From an uncultured virus (IMG/VR IMGVR_UViG_3300042890_004141) (Duplodnaviria; Heunggongvirae; Uroviricota; Caudoviricetes): a stretch of 64,000 nt of DNA. Positions 1 through 10,577 of the stretch are shown in pieces. The stretch is from positions 62,001-126,000 of the IMG/VR virus record IMGVR_UViG_3300042890_004141; one strand, given 5' to 3'. Below the pieces are notes generated by a model that saw only the letters and a program-made list of their open reading frames with translations, had not been told where the DNA came from and made no database searches. How positions within the stretch are numbered: position 1 is the first letter of the stretch; each line of letters starts with the position of its first letter. Made by a program: the position numbers and the translations under genes.

Positions 1-481
1 GCCATCTGATATTATCAGCTGAACCTGAAGCTGTTAATGATCCACTAGCATCTAATGAGCAAGAACTGTTCATTAATTTACCTTGTGAAATAGTATTTAA
101 TACTAAAGCTTCAGCTGCTGAGGCTGAGTTTAAAATAGATACTCCACCACCTGATCCACCAGTTACTGAACCTGTAGCGGTTGTAGCTGAAGTGAATGAA
201 CCACTCACTACTCGTGATACCAACAATGTCTCTCCACCGTTATTAAAATAGTTGAAAGCAGCAATTGAGGTGAAATAAGTGTAAACTTGGCTAGCACTTA
301 AAAAAGTAGTACCAAATTTATTCTGATAATCACTGTATGAAGTAACGATTGTAGGAATTTCTACAGGGCCTTTAACAGTAGGACCAATAAGAGCGGCTCC
401 TACAGTTACTGGCTGTTGGGTGATAAATGACTGATCGTTTTCAAGTGCGAGTACGCCAGGGGATATTAAAGTTTCTGCCAT
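1..481 (-). CDS. Tail sheath protein, N-terminal part (truncated by window edge; not in ORF track)
   Basis: Manual translation from ATG at 481: MAETLISPGVLALENDQSFITQQPVTVGAALIGPTVKGPVEIPTIVTSYSDYQNKFG...AFNYFNNGGETLLVSRV. The SPGV..E.D, G...KGP...P and YF.NGG...V.RV pattern is the typical contractile sheath N-terminus. Confidence 0.9.
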   Translation of the reverse strand, partial: MAETLISPGVLALENDQSFITQQPVTVGAALIGPTVKGPVEIPTIVTSYSDYQNKFGTTFLSASQVYTYFTSIAAFNYFNNGGETLLVSRVVSGSFTSATTATGSVTGGSGGGVSILNSASAAEALVLNTISQGKLMNSSCSLDASGSLTASGSADNIRW

Positions 482-536
482 GTTTTAAAAATTAATGATT
501 TTTATTCTATGATAAATATCATAGAAAAAATCAAAA

Positions 537-788
537 TTAACCCACTACAGTAATTTCTCCCTTGTCCAAATCTATACTTCCGTTACCGTACTTAGATTGA
601 AGAGTATTGTTTAATGTAGCTTCTGAGTTCATAACTTCTACTAAAAGATTAGTTAATGTTTCTTTTTGTAAAGTTAATTCTTGGATTCTTATTTCAATAA
701 AACCAAAATCAGCCATTAACTGTTCTCTTTTCACTTTTAAATCCTTAATTGCTTGGATTTCTTCTTGTTCTAAAACTTTTGTTTCCAT
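537..788 (-). CDS. Small coiled-coil protein, putative fibre chaperone; paralog of 21905..22183
   Basis: Ends LQSKYGNGSIDLDKGEI, versus LSDKYGAGTINIESGEF in the paralog. Confidence 0.6.
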   Translation of the reverse strand: METKVLEQEEIQAIKDLKVKREQLMADFGFIEIRIQELTLQKETLTNLLVEVMNSEATLNNTLQSKYGNGSIDLDKGEITVVG

Positions 789-798
789 ATGTTATTTT

Positions 799-1575
799 TT
801 AAATATAAGTTCCAATAAATGTAAAATCAACACCACCAGGAGCAGCACTTTCAAAAGTAATTGATGTATTATTACTTGTAAGAGCGGTCACCACTTGATT
901 AGATTGAGATACTGCTAATCCTAAAAATAAATTTTGATTTAATGTTTTGCCAGTTAAATCAACTGGGCTTACAGTTACTACAGCCTGATATGGAGGGGTT
1001 GTTGATGTTTTACCAGCTCCAGCAAACATTTTTAATATACCAGCTACTGCTACTACTGAACCACTAGGTACATAATAACTTGTATTACCTAAAGTTGAAG
1101 TAGATGTATCTGAAGTAGCAGCTGATACAGCATTAGAGGCTGAAACAGCATAAGAAGCAGTTCCTGCTACACTACCAGATAATGAACCTGTAATAGAGGT
1201 AAATTTACCTACTGAGCCTGAAACTGTCATTCCGCCTAGTCCACCTAGCACATTAAGAGAAGGATTGTAGTAAGGACCGTTAGTACCATCCGCTGCTAAT
1301 TGATAATAATCATCTAAAGCAGCTGTTGAGTTTTTAAATACTAATGTATATTCATTGTTTGTAGAAGCATTACTAGCTACAAATATTTTACTAGAAGAAA
1401 CAGCATTAGTAAAAAAACCACTACCTGTAGTCGCTCCAGAGAATGCAAATGAACCAGATAATGTTATGGCGTATCCCTCAGTACCAGTAAATGCGTCAAC
1501 TGATTGAGTTACTTGTCCGGGTAATATAACATTACCGTTAGATATACCTGATGTAGAGAGGGTTTTTAATGCCAT
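799..1575 (-). CDS. Virion structural or fibre-associated protein, Ser/Thr/Gly-rich
   Basis: Many SGS/TGS/SAS motifs (ITGSLSGSVAGTASYAVSAS); preceded by the ATATTTAT motif. Confidence 0.55.
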   Translation of the reverse strand: MALKTLSTSGISNGNVILPGQVTQSVDAFTGTEGYAITLSGSFAFSGATTGSGFFTNAVSSSKIFVASNASTNNEYTLVFKNSTAALDDYYQLAADGTNGPYYNPSLNVLGGLGGMTVSGSVGKFTSITGSLSGSVAGTASYAVSASNAVSAATSDTSTSTLGNTSYYVPSGSVVAVAGILKMFAGAGKTSTTPPYQAVVTVSPVDLTGKTLNQNLFLGLAVSQSNQVVTALTSNNTSITFESAAPGGVDFTFIGTYI

Positions 1576-1612
1576 ATGTTAATAAATATATGTTTTTTAG
1601 TTAAGTTTTAAA

Positions 1613-3982
1613 TTATAGTCCGAATCTTCCTTTGGTTGCATTATAGTTTTGAGCTATTTCGGTTGCAGATAATGCTCTGTTGTATATTCTAAAAGCAGCC
1701 ATCTTATTAGGAGCTTTATCATAAGAGGGTGTTGTAACTGCAGAAAGCTGGTAAGCGTTTCCGGTCATTAATTCAAATGTAGAAGCTATATTCATAGTAC
1801 TTGCTTGTTGAACTCCGTTAACAAACATTTTTACAGTAGTGCCGTCATAAGTCATACTGTATAGTTTAAAAGTTGCTGAAGGATTTAGTAAGTCTGAAGT
1901 AATTTCTGAATAACCAGCTCCGGGATTAATAGCTATCCTAAATCTAGCAGAAGACGTGTTCCCTACAAGGCCTATAAACGTGTTTCCACTCATTACCAAA
2001 TGTGGATATCCTCCAGTTGAATTACCTGTTAATTTACAGTAGTATTCTAAAGTTACAGCACTGAGAACTGGTTTATTACCAGTAACGGAGTCATCAATTC
2101 CATCAAAGTCGATACAACCACCGCTATCAATGTTAAAGCTAGGTCCATTAATTAAAGTACCGTTATTAGCATTTCCGCTTAAATCAGTCCATGTTGTTCC
2201 TGTTCCGGGGTATGAATCTTTATTAGCTGAATCTAAATTAATTATTAATCCGTTTGTTACTATTTGTTGGCCTTGGAATTTGTCTTTAGTTGCTTGATAG
2301 TTTTGTTGGACTTCTGATGCTGTGAGTGCTTTACTATATATTCTAGTGTTTGCAATTTTTCCATTAAATTCATATCCTCCTGCTCCCGTAAATCTTGCAA
2401 TATACAGAGGTACATTAGGTGTAGTGCCAGAAGATGTACCTGTTGTATTTTCCAGTACTCCATTTACATAAACTTTAGCTTGGTAATTTACACTAGCATC
2501 TACTGTTACAATAACATGAAACCAGGTATTAGGAGCTATTTGAGTAGTTGAAGGTAAATTAGTGTAAATCCATCCACTTCCATCTCCAAAATGTGAGTTA
2601 AAAAAACCATTTGATATTTCAAATCTAATTCCTAAATTCACATCTAGGATTACTTTTTGAGCTGTAGTATAAACATTAGGATTTAACCACATTTCTGTAC
2701 TCCAATTAGATAATGATGGGAAATTAGATGTTACAGCATAATCATCTACTCCATCAAAATTAATAATACCACCGTTTATATTATTAAAAGTAGGTCCGTT
2801 AGTCAATGTAGCACTAGCTACACTACCTGTTAAGTTATACCATGCTGTTCCTGATTTAGGATATGATACTAAATTATTAGCATCTACCATGAATACTAAT
2901 CCATCTTGAACAATATTACTTTGGAAATAGTTTTGTTTAACTTCTGAAAGTGATAATGCTTTAGAATATATTTTAGAATTATTTATATTACCCTGTCTAT
3001 AAGAATTATAAATATCACTTCCTATATAAGCTTTGGTAGCATTAGATGCTGTATAAGTTGTAATAGCAGAATTTGATGAGGCGATAGAAGTTCCGTTAAC
3101 ATATAAAGTCCCTGTGTACGATGCACCATTTTTACTCCATGTACCCACAACATGGAAAAATTTTCCTGTAGCTATATTTGTTGAAGTATAAGTAGTAGAA
3201 GAATCAATTAAGTAACTTTGAACAGTGGTATCTATCTGCCAATAAAAACTACCATTTTGTAATCCGTTTCTCCATTGACCTAAAGTTATATGAGCATAAT
3301 TGCCTGATGGATAGTTTATGTCATTTACAGACATTAATGTATGATAAGCATTATCATTAGTTGTTGTACTACATAACATTTCGAATGTAATATCCTGATT
3401 ATTAAAGGTAGTAGGAGCTATATTAGTTATACTACACGTAACAAAATCATCAACACCATCTAAAAAAATAGTTCCTAAGGAAGAATTAAAAGTAGGACCG
3501 TTAATTAAAGAGCCGTTATTTCCAAAACCACTTGCGTCATACCAACTAGTTCCTGTTTGTGGATATGATGTAGGTTGATTAGCATCAACATACAAAACTA
3601 ACTCATCAGCATCAATCCTAGGAATAGGATTATCCGAGTTATTAATAAAGAAATTATTTGTTACAACCCAGTTATAAGCACTACCTGTTGTAGTAAAGTT
3701 TCTAGGAGAACCCGGTAATGTATTAGCGGCATAAACAATATTTGCCGAACTGTTATTATAAGCCGGATAAAATAAAGGTTTACCTGCCGGTCCTCTACCT
3801 AAACTAGTTGAATTACCTATAAAGATAACATTGTTTTCTGCCGGTACTTCACTCATCCAAGATAGTCCTCCAAAACCTCCTCTGTAGTTACGCTGTTGTC
3901 CATCAACAACATATGAGATACTGTTTTCTTGTATACTACCTGATACTGGTGTTCCGGGGTTATATGATACTGGTTGTGGCAT
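1613..3982 (-). CDS. Multi-LamG (concanavalin A-like) putative receptor-binding protein, three LamG modules
   Basis: Three modules of the form LV...DA...SYP..GT.W.D...NGP.F...FDG.DD...YVNG...IY..AL...E..QNY. Confidence 0.8.
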   Translation of the reverse strand: MPQPVSYNPGTPVSGSIQENSISYVVDGQQRNYRGGFGGLSWMSEVPAENNVIFIGNSTSLGRGPAGKPLFYPAYNNSSANIVYAANTLPGSPRNFTTTGSAYNWVVTNNFFINNSDNPIPRIDADELVLYVDANQPTSYPQTGTSWYDASGFGNNGSLINGPTFNSSLGTIFLDGVDDFVTCSITNIAPTTFNNQDITFEMLCSTTTNDNAYHTLMSVNDINYPSGNYAHITLGQWRNGLQNGSFYWQIDTTVQSYLIDSSTTYTSTNIATGKFFHVVGTWSKNGASYTGTLYVNGTSIASSNSAITTYTASNATKAYIGSDIYNSYRQGNINNSKIYSKALSLSEVKQNYFQSNIVQDGLVFMVDANNLVSYPKSGTAWYNLTGSVASATLTNGPTFNNINGGIINFDGVDDYAVTSNFPSLSNWSTEMWLNPNVYTTAQKVILDVNLGIRFEISNGFFNSHFGDGSGWIYTNLPSTTQIAPNTWFHVIVTVDASVNYQAKVYVNGVLENTTGTSSGTTPNVPLYIARFTGAGGYEFNGKIANTRIYSKALTASEVQQNYQATKDKFQGQQIVTNGLIINLDSANKDSYPGTGTTWTDLSGNANNGTLINGPSFNIDSGGCIDFDGIDDSVTGNKPVLSAVTLEYYCKLTGNSTGGYPHLVMSGNTFIGLVGNTSSARFRIAINPGAGYSEITSDLLNPSATFKLYSMTYDGTTVKMFVNGVQQASTMNIASTFELMTGNAYQLSAVTTPSYDKAPNKMAAFRIYNRALSATEIAQNYNATKGRFGL

Positions 3983-3988
3983 TTAGTT

Positions 3989-4240
3989 TTAGTAATATAA
4001 AGATCCAGTTATTATCCATTCTGGTTGAGAAAGAATAACTAAAGCTTCATTATAATTATAAGGACCTTGTTTGGTATTTAAAGCATTAACTGAAGAGGGT
4101 ATCTCTCCAAGCCATCTGACTGTTGATAAGGATTCATTTTGAGTTTTTCTAGTAGTAGATGGTGAAATTTCTTCTACTTGAGAATAATCAATAGTTCCTA
4201 TTTCAGAAGTGTTAAATATTATATAAGTTGATTCTTCCAT
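3989..4240 (-). CDS. Small accessory protein between LamG genes; paralog of 6656..6937
   Basis: IFNTSEIGTIDYSQV..TRK and YNYNEALVILSQPEW match IFNVTELPLIDFNQV..VRK and YTYDEILTILATPEW. Confidence 0.65.
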   Translation of the reverse strand: MEESTYIIFNTSEIGTIDYSQVEEISPSTTRKTQNESLSTVRWLGEIPSSVNALNTKQGPYNYNEALVILSQPEWIITGSLYY

Positions 4241-4242
4241 AA

Positions 4243-6651
4243 TTAAACTCCATATTGAGATTTAATAGCATTATAATTTTGAGTTACTTCTGTTGATGAT
4301 AAAGTTCGATTATATAACCGACATATTCCCATCTTTCCAGCCCAAGCTGGCCTATCATCTGTGATTACTCCTCCTCCAATATCTAATCTTCCAGAACTGT
4401 ATAATGTAATATTTGGAGTTGGAGAAACAGTAACATTAACTATTAAATTATTATTTAAATAACATCTTAAATTACTTGATGAAGGATTGTAAGTTTCAAC
4501 ATAATGAAAATTATTTCCAAATCCTACATTGCTTGAAAAATTAGGAACCATTACATAATCATTACCAAAATAATATTTATATAAACCATCAGCTCCAACA
4601 TTATAATATATACCGTTAGATTGATTGGGATTTTGTTGGCCATAAGCAAATAAATGCCAGTTATTGCCATTGTTTAGCATATTAGCTACAATCTCAATAC
4701 TATAATTAGGATTTCCTGTAGGTAAGCTTGTAGTAGTATCTGTTCTAAAGAAGTAGTCAGTATCACTATTTGTAGGATTCCAATTAAACATACCTCCACC
4801 GGGTACTTGGTTCCAATTTATTTGTGAATTACCATTAGTTCCACCGACAGGATTTTGTAACCATGCTACATTATTTCCATTTCCTGAAATATCATACCAT
4901 GTTGTTCCTGTTCCTGGGTATGAATCTAAATTGTCTGCTTCTAAATTAAGTACTAATCCGTTTGTTACTGGGCCAGCTGGTGTTTCAAATCTGTATTGTT
5001 CAGCTTGATAGTTTTGGAGGATTTCGGATGCGGAGAGTGCTTTATTGTATATTTTAGTATTGGCTACAGTACCATCAAAATATCTTCCTGAGATATTTAT
5101 TCTTCCAATATCTAATTGGACTGTAGTGTTACTATTTGTATTTGCTCCAGCACCAGAGGATACTAAAACCCCATCAACATATATTTCAGCAGTTGTTGCT
5201 CCTGTTCTTTGACATGATATATGCCTCCAGGCTCCATTATTTACAGATGTTGTAGATATTAAAAACGCACCTCCATCCCAGCCAAAACCAACATATCTAT
5301 TTGTAGGACTTAATTGAATCCATAATCCTGTACCAGCTGCATCATCATATTTAGAAACAACTCCCATATAGTCACTTGAACTTTGATTAGAAGTTTTTAT
5401 CCAACAAGAAACATTAAAGTTTCCTGTTCCAAAATCTAAACCTGTAGAACCAAAATTAACATAGTCATCTGTACCATCAAATACAATTGAACCACCATTG
5501 TTTATGTTAAAAGTAGGTCCATTAGTTAATGCACCATTACCTACACTACCTGTTAAATTATACCACGCTGTTCCTGATTTAGGGTATGATACTATATTAT
5601 TAGCATCTACAGCAAATACTAGACCGTCTGTGACTATTGGTGCTCCAAAATAGTTTTGTTTGACTTGAGCTTCTGTTAAAGCTCTAGGATAAACTTGAGT
5701 GTTTGCTATACTTCCATTAAAGTGATATCCTGTAGTTGAACCATTATACCAACTACCAATTCTTTCACCGTTATTATTGACTTGGATTGTGGCATTATAT
5801 GTTGTTGATAAAACATTAGTACCGTTGATATACATTTTTGCAACACTACCATCATAAGTAACAATAGTGTTATACCATCTATTTGCTATAAAATAAGTTG
5901 AACTACCAACTTGGAAATCTTGCATTCCAATCCCATTAAACATAAACCTTAATTTAAAAGTAGGATTTTCAAAAAATAAAGCATATTGAGTATTCACATA
6001 TCCTTTTTCAAATAAAAATCCATTTTGTGATGCTAATGCTGGAGAAAAAGTACTACTAACTGTAATACTGTCACTATTTAATGCTGTGTCATTAGGGAAG
6101 TTTACATAATCATCAGTACCGTCAAAAGCAAAATATCCATTTGAATTCCATGTAGGACTATTAGTTAAAGTTCCATTTGTGCCTTTCCCACTTAAATCTC
6201 TCCAGTTAGTCCCTGTTTGTGGATATGAAGACATTTTAGAAGCATCTACATCAAATGCTAAACTATCAGCATCTACTCCCTCAAATGGATCATTTGACTC
6301 TAAAATAAAATAACCTCTAGCATTTATTAAATCGTTTAATGCAACATTGGCATCAGAATAATTACCCGGTGAACCAGGTATACGATTAGCCGTATATAAA
6401 ATAGCTGCCGAACCTGTTCCATTACAAGAATAAAACAATGGTACTGCTAGACTAGGATTACCTTCAAACCCTTGAGTATAAGTGTCTGTTACAAAAACAA
6501 TTGGGGCAGCACCGTCTGCCGAAGGTACCCATTTTTTAGAAGCAAAGGTAGTATAGTCCCTATTACCACTGTCTACAGTGTAATTAACATTACCTCCCCT
6601 GATGCTTCCTGATAAAGGACCAGAAGCATTATATGCTATAGGTCTAGACAT
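4243..6651 (-). CDS. Multi-LamG putative receptor-binding protein, three modules
   Basis: Same repeated SYP..GT.W / FDGTDDYV / ALS..E..QNY modules as 1613..3982. Confidence 0.8.
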   Translation of the reverse strand: MSRPIAYNASGPLSGSIRGGNVNYTVDSGNRDYTTFASKKWVPSADGAAPIVFVTDTYTQGFEGNPSLAVPLFYSCNGTGSAAILYTANRIPGSPGNYSDANVALNDLINARGYFILESNDPFEGVDADSLAFDVDASKMSSYPQTGTNWRDLSGKGTNGTLTNSPTWNSNGYFAFDGTDDYVNFPNDTALNSDSITVSSTFSPALASQNGFLFEKGYVNTQYALFFENPTFKLRFMFNGIGMQDFQVGSSTYFIANRWYNTIVTYDGSVAKMYINGTNVLSTTYNATIQVNNNGERIGSWYNGSTTGYHFNGSIANTQVYPRALTEAQVKQNYFGAPIVTDGLVFAVDANNIVSYPKSGTAWYNLTGSVGNGALTNGPTFNINNGGSIVFDGTDDYVNFGSTGLDFGTGNFNVSCWIKTSNQSSSDYMGVVSKYDDAAGTGLWIQLSPTNRYVGFGWDGGAFLISTTSVNNGAWRHISCQRTGATTAEIYVDGVLVSSGAGANTNSNTTVQLDIGRINISGRYFDGTVANTKIYNKALSASEILQNYQAEQYRFETPAGPVTNGLVLNLEADNLDSYPGTGTTWYDISGNGNNVAWLQNPVGGTNGNSQINWNQVPGGGMFNWNPTNSDTDYFFRTDTTTSLPTGNPNYSIEIVANMLNNGNNWHLFAYGQQNPNQSNGIYYNVGADGLYKYYFGNDYVMVPNFSSNVGFGNNFHYVETYNPSSSNLRCYLNNNLIVNVTVSPTPNITLYSSGRLDIGGGVITDDRPAWAGKMGICRLYNRTLSSTEVTQNYNAIKSQYGV

Positions 6652-6655
6652 TTAA

Positions 6656-6937
6656 TTAAGCTGCTGAACCTGAAGGGAATGGATTAGGATCTGTCCATTC
6701 TGGAGTTGCTAAAATAGTTAAAATCTCATCGTATGTGTATTCGATTGATTTTGTAGTTAAAGCAGCAACTGATGAAGGTTGAGGCATATCGTATTTAACG
6801 AATGTTTGAGTTTTATCAACTGATTTACGAACTGTATCAATTGAGGTTTCATAGACTTGATTAAAGTCGATTAAAGGAAGTTCTGTAACGTTAAAAATTA
6901 CAAAGCGTCTGTTTGCGTATTCTTCTTGTGTTGTCAT
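6656..6937 (-). CDS. Small accessory protein; paralog of 3989..4240
   Basis: Sequence similarity to 3989..4240; motif TATAAATAT at 6951 upstream. Confidence 0.65.
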   Translation of the reverse strand: MTTQEEYANRRFVIFNVTELPLIDFNQVYETSIDTVRKSVDKTQTFVKYDMPQPSSVAALTTKSIEYTYDEILTILATPEWTDPNPFPSGSAA

Positions 6938-6962
6938 TTTATTATTTTGTTATAAATATTAA

Positions 6963-8447
6963 TTATAAACCAAATCTTGCTTTTTGTGCATTGTAGTTTT
7001 GAAGAACCTCAGCAGCTGATAGACCTCTACTATAGACTCTTAAAGTAGATAAATTCCCTGGAAAGGCATAAGATGAATTTGAGCTAAACCCAGGACCATC
7101 AAAACTTGAATTTGTAGATGTTGCTGATGTTGAAGTTATTAGTTGTCCATTAATATATAATGAAGCTGTGCCTCCGGTTAGATTACCGGTGTATGATAAT
7201 AAAAGTTGCCTCCAGGTACTGTCCCCAAGATTAATTGTATGAGTTAAACTTACAAATGTTCTTGTCCCATTAATAAAGTTCAAACAACGTAGTGTGTTAG
7301 GTGTATAATAAACAGCGTGACATCCTGGGGTGTCAATAGTACCTGTTCCATATTTTAGTAATTCAACTTGTTTATTGGTTGTTTGTTTGAACCACATTTC
7401 TAAAGTGCTTCCATTATTTAAAGTTCCCCCAGCTATTGTAACAAAATCATCACTACCATCAAATGTTAAAGTACCCCCATTTTGATAAGAATTAAACCCT
7501 ATTCCATTAACTAACGTTCCATTATTACTATTCCCACTTACATCATTCCACAAATATGGTGTAAACGTTCCACTAGTGGTAAATGTATGGATTGTGTATC
7601 CGTTTAGGTATGTAATTGTACCTCCGGTTGCTGCTGGGAGACCTGGGTAACGTACTATAACTATGCCTGAGCCACCGTTACCACCACTTCCACCACCACC
7701 ACCAGAGTTTCCTCCTCCGCCACCACCAGTATTGGCAGTAGCAGCAAACCCATTTACATTAATTCCACCAGCACCATTACCTCCACCACCAAGTCCTCCT
7801 GTGCCTCCTGGTGGGTTTGGGTATGTTCCACCACCTCCACCCCCTGCGTAATAAGTAGAGGTTCCTGAAATAGAATATGCATTTCCATTCCCACCATTAC
7901 CAGCTGTACTCCCATTGGCATTTTGACCAGTTTGTCCAGCTCCACCACCACCACCAGCACCACCACTAGTAGTATTTGGGTCTCCTATACCACCGTTAAA
8001 TCCTTGCCCAGCCGTTCCTAAACCGAAGATTGTACGTTCACTACTAACCCAACCTCCAGCTCCTCCTCCTGAGCCACCATTCTTTACAGGACCATAAACA
8101 TAAGCTCCGGATCCATTAGCTCCTCCTCCACCTCCAATAGCAGTGAGTGAACCAAATACAGAATTATTTCCACTTGTACTTTGACCAGCAGGAGGTCCAC
8201 CAGATCCACCAGCACCAACAGTTACAGTAATAGCAGCGGCATTAGTTAATTGATAAGCACTGTTATATATTAAACCACCAGCACCTCCGCCACCACCAAA
8301 GTCAAATCCACCTCCACCACCACCAGCAACAACTAATACCTCAACATATGGAGGTTGTGAGCGAGTGTATGAATCCGGATCGCCTGCATCTAGGTTTAAT
8401 ACTAAACCATTTGTTACTATACCTTGTGGACCTTCAAATCTACTCAT
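6963..8447 (-). CDS. LamG protein with an inserted glycine-rich domain
   Basis: Starts GLVLNLDAGDPDSY, then VEVLVVAGGGGGG...GGSGIVIVRY, then resumes W.DVSGNSNNGTLVNG...FDGSDD. Confidence 0.75.
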   Translation of the reverse strand: MSRFEGPQGIVTNGLVLNLDAGDPDSYTRSQPPYVEVLVVAGGGGGGFDFGGGGGAGGLIYNSAYQLTNAAAITVTVGAGGSGGPPAGQSTSGNNSVFGSLTAIGGGGGANGSGAYVYGPVKNGGSGGGAGGWVSSERTIFGLGTAGQGFNGGIGDPNTTSGGAGGGGGAGQTGQNANGSTAGNGGNGNAYSISGTSTYYAGGGGGGTYPNPPGGTGGLGGGGNGAGGINVNGFAATANTGGGGGGNSGGGGGSGGNGGSGIVIVRYPGLPAATGGTITYLNGYTIHTFTTSGTFTPYLWNDVSGNSNNGTLVNGIGFNSYQNGGTLTFDGSDDFVTIAGGTLNNGSTLEMWFKQTTNKQVELLKYGTGTIDTPGCHAVYYTPNTLRCLNFINGTRTFVSLTHTINLGDSTWRQLLLSYTGNLTGGTASLYINGQLITSTSATSTNSSFDGPGFSSNSSYAFPGNLSTLRVYSRGLSAAEVLQNYNAQKARFGL

Positions 8448-10183
8448 TATTTTGTTGCGTTATAGTTTTGTAAGACTTCGTCTGCTGTTAATCCTCTGTT
8501 ATATAAGTTAACACTAGCTATGTTACCATTAAAAAATCCACCAACAGCTCCCCCAACATAAGCTCCTATTTGAACAGGAACTGTTGTTGATGTTACGGCT
8601 GTATTGAAGCTTGAATTAGTTTGTTTTAATACACCATTGATATATACCTTACCATTACCTGCACCATCTGATGTGGCAACAACATGATTCCATTGGTTAT
8701 ATTGTATATTTGTAAGTGCAGGATTATTTACGTAAGTCCAATTTGAATTGAACACTCCAAACCAAATATATGGAGTTCCTGTATCATTAGCAATGTACAA
8801 TTCAAAACTTCTTTCATTAGCACCATAAGTTGCTCTAGTACATATAATTTCGTAGGTTCCATTAGGTACAATATTAGCATAAAACCATGCTTCTATTGAA
8901 AAATTAGCATTAGCAAAATCATATGCTGAATTGTATGTAGTATTTATATAATCATCAGTTCCATCAAATACAATAACACCTCCATCTTTAGGACTAAACG
9001 TAGGTCCATTAGTTAAAGTACCATTAACACTTCCTGTTAAATTGTACCATGCGGTTCCTGATTTAGGATATGATACTAAATTACCAGCATCTAAAGCAAA
9101 TACTAATCCACTTGTTACTATTGGACCACCGTAGTAGTTTTGAGCTACTTCTGCTGCTGTGAGTGCTTTAGGATAAACTAAAGCTTGAGCTATATCCCCA
9201 GTTAATATTTCACTAGCTGCTGAAGGAGTATAGGAACTTAAAACATGTACTCCGTTAGTTCCTCCATTACTTCCAATATTAACTCCCGTTTGAGTTGCTA
9301 CTCCATTTAAATAAGCAGTTGCTGTTGAACCATTGTAAGTCATTGTTAAATGATAAAAACGTCCTGTAGCTATAGTGCCTCCGTTGGTGTAAAGTAATCC
9401 ACCCCCACCTCCATTTCTACCATACATGAAAGCATTATTACTGTAAAATCCAATCTGAGAAAGTAATCCTCCTGTACCTAATACTGTTTGGTAAGTACCA
9501 CCACCACTAGTTCTAGCTACAGCAGTTAATGTAAAAGAAGAAGTAGTATTACTTGGTAAAGTTGTGTTAACAGCTACAGCATAATCATCTGATCCGTCAA
9601 AATTAATCCATCCGTTTGAGTTATAAGTAGGCCCGTTAATTAAATTAAATCTATTATTTTGACCACTTATATCATACCAAGTAGATCCTGTTGTAGGGTA
9701 TGAAATAATTTGATTACCATGAATATATAACCCTAAATTATCAGCATCAATTTGCTCATAATAATCAGGCCCAACAGCAAAATAATTACTAGAAGAGGCA
9801 ATCCAATTCAACGCTTGTGAACCAGAGTTAAATGGAGTTTGACCTATTCTATCCGGTAAACCATTTACAATTGTTATAACATCTAAAGAAGATGTACCTA
9901 CTGTTACCCAAAACACAGGAGCTGAATATTCATCTACTGCAGGTAAACCGCCTTCAACATAAGCACCTCCCGCGTTTGAGCGAGATACATAGTAGTTAGC
10001 TGTATAATTATCTGAAATAATTGTATAGAATTGTCCGTTATTTGGAATATCGGAATACCAATTAGTACTGTTGTAGTTTTGCCCGTAATTTTTTCCGGCA
10101 GTTTCTACCCCGTAACTAACTCTGGATGTCTGTAAGCTTCCTGAAATTGGGGATAGGTCATTAACAGCTACTGGGTTTGGCAT
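8447..10183 (-). CDS. Two-LamG putative receptor-binding protein
   Basis: Two LamG modules; N-terminus MPNPVAVNDLSPISGS resembles those of 1613..3982 and 4243..6651. Confidence 0.78.
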   Translation of the reverse strand: MPNPVAVNDLSPISGSLQTSRVSYGVETAGKNYGQNYNSTNWYSDIPNNGQFYTIISDNYTANYYVSRSNAGGAYVEGGLPAVDEYSAPVFWVTVGTSSLDVITIVNGLPDRIGQTPFNSGSQALNWIASSSNYFAVGPDYYEQIDADNLGLYIHGNQIISYPTTGSTWYDISGQNNRFNLINGPTYNSNGWINFDGSDDYAVAVNTTLPSNTTSSFTLTAVARTSGGGTYQTVLGTGGLLSQIGFYSNNAFMYGRNGGGGGLLYTNGGTIATGRFYHLTMTYNGSTATAYLNGVATQTGVNIGSNGGTNGVHVLSSYTPSAASEILTGDIAQALVYPKALTAAEVAQNYYGGPIVTSGLVFALDAGNLVSYPKSGTAWYNLTGSVNGTLTNGPTFSPKDGGVIVFDGTDDYINTTYNSAYDFANANFSIEAWFYANIVPNGTYEIICTRATYGANERSFELYIANDTGTPYIWFGVFNSNWTYVNNPALTNIQYNQWNHVVATSDGAGNGKVYINGVLKQTNSSFNTAVTSTTVPVQIGAYVGGAVGGFFNGNIASVNLYNRGLTADEVLQNYNATK

Positions 10184-10192
10184 AGTGTATGA

Positions 10193-10576
10193 TTATAAAT
10201 ATGGAGAACCGGTAGGTGCTGAACCTGTAGGACATTCAAATCGTTCGCAATAATCTTTTTGGTAAATAGGCATTGCATTACCAAATGTGGTTAACTCTGT
10301 ACCAGGAAAAGGCCATACCTCACTTGAACTGAAATTAGGTAATGGTTCTTGATTCCATAAAATATCTACTGCTGATGCTGTAGACCAAAGTGAGCAAGAC
10401 ATAATAGGCATTCCCATAGGAGAGCTTGCGCTTACATACTGTTCACAAATTGGACCCATAACATAAACTGTTTGGGTATATTGCCAAGTTGTTTCACCAC
10501 CAGGTGTTGTAATGCTTTGTGTTATCTCATTTAATAGAGATAAATCATTCATTAAATATTTTCTGTATTGATACAT
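10193..10576 (-). CDS. Hypothetical protein
   Basis: 127-aa ORF tightly packed in the operon. Confidence 0.6.
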   Translation of the reverse strand: MYQYRKYLMNDLSLLNEITQSITTPGGETTWQYTQTVYVMGPICEQYVSASSPMGMPIMSCSLWSTASAVDILWNQEPLPNFSSSEVWPFPGTELTTFGNAMPIYQKDYCERFECPTGSAPTGSPYL

Positions 10577-10577
10577 A

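Noticed and set aside
7663..7851. Polyproline ORF on the plus strand
   Set aside because: Antisense of the glycine-rich tract.
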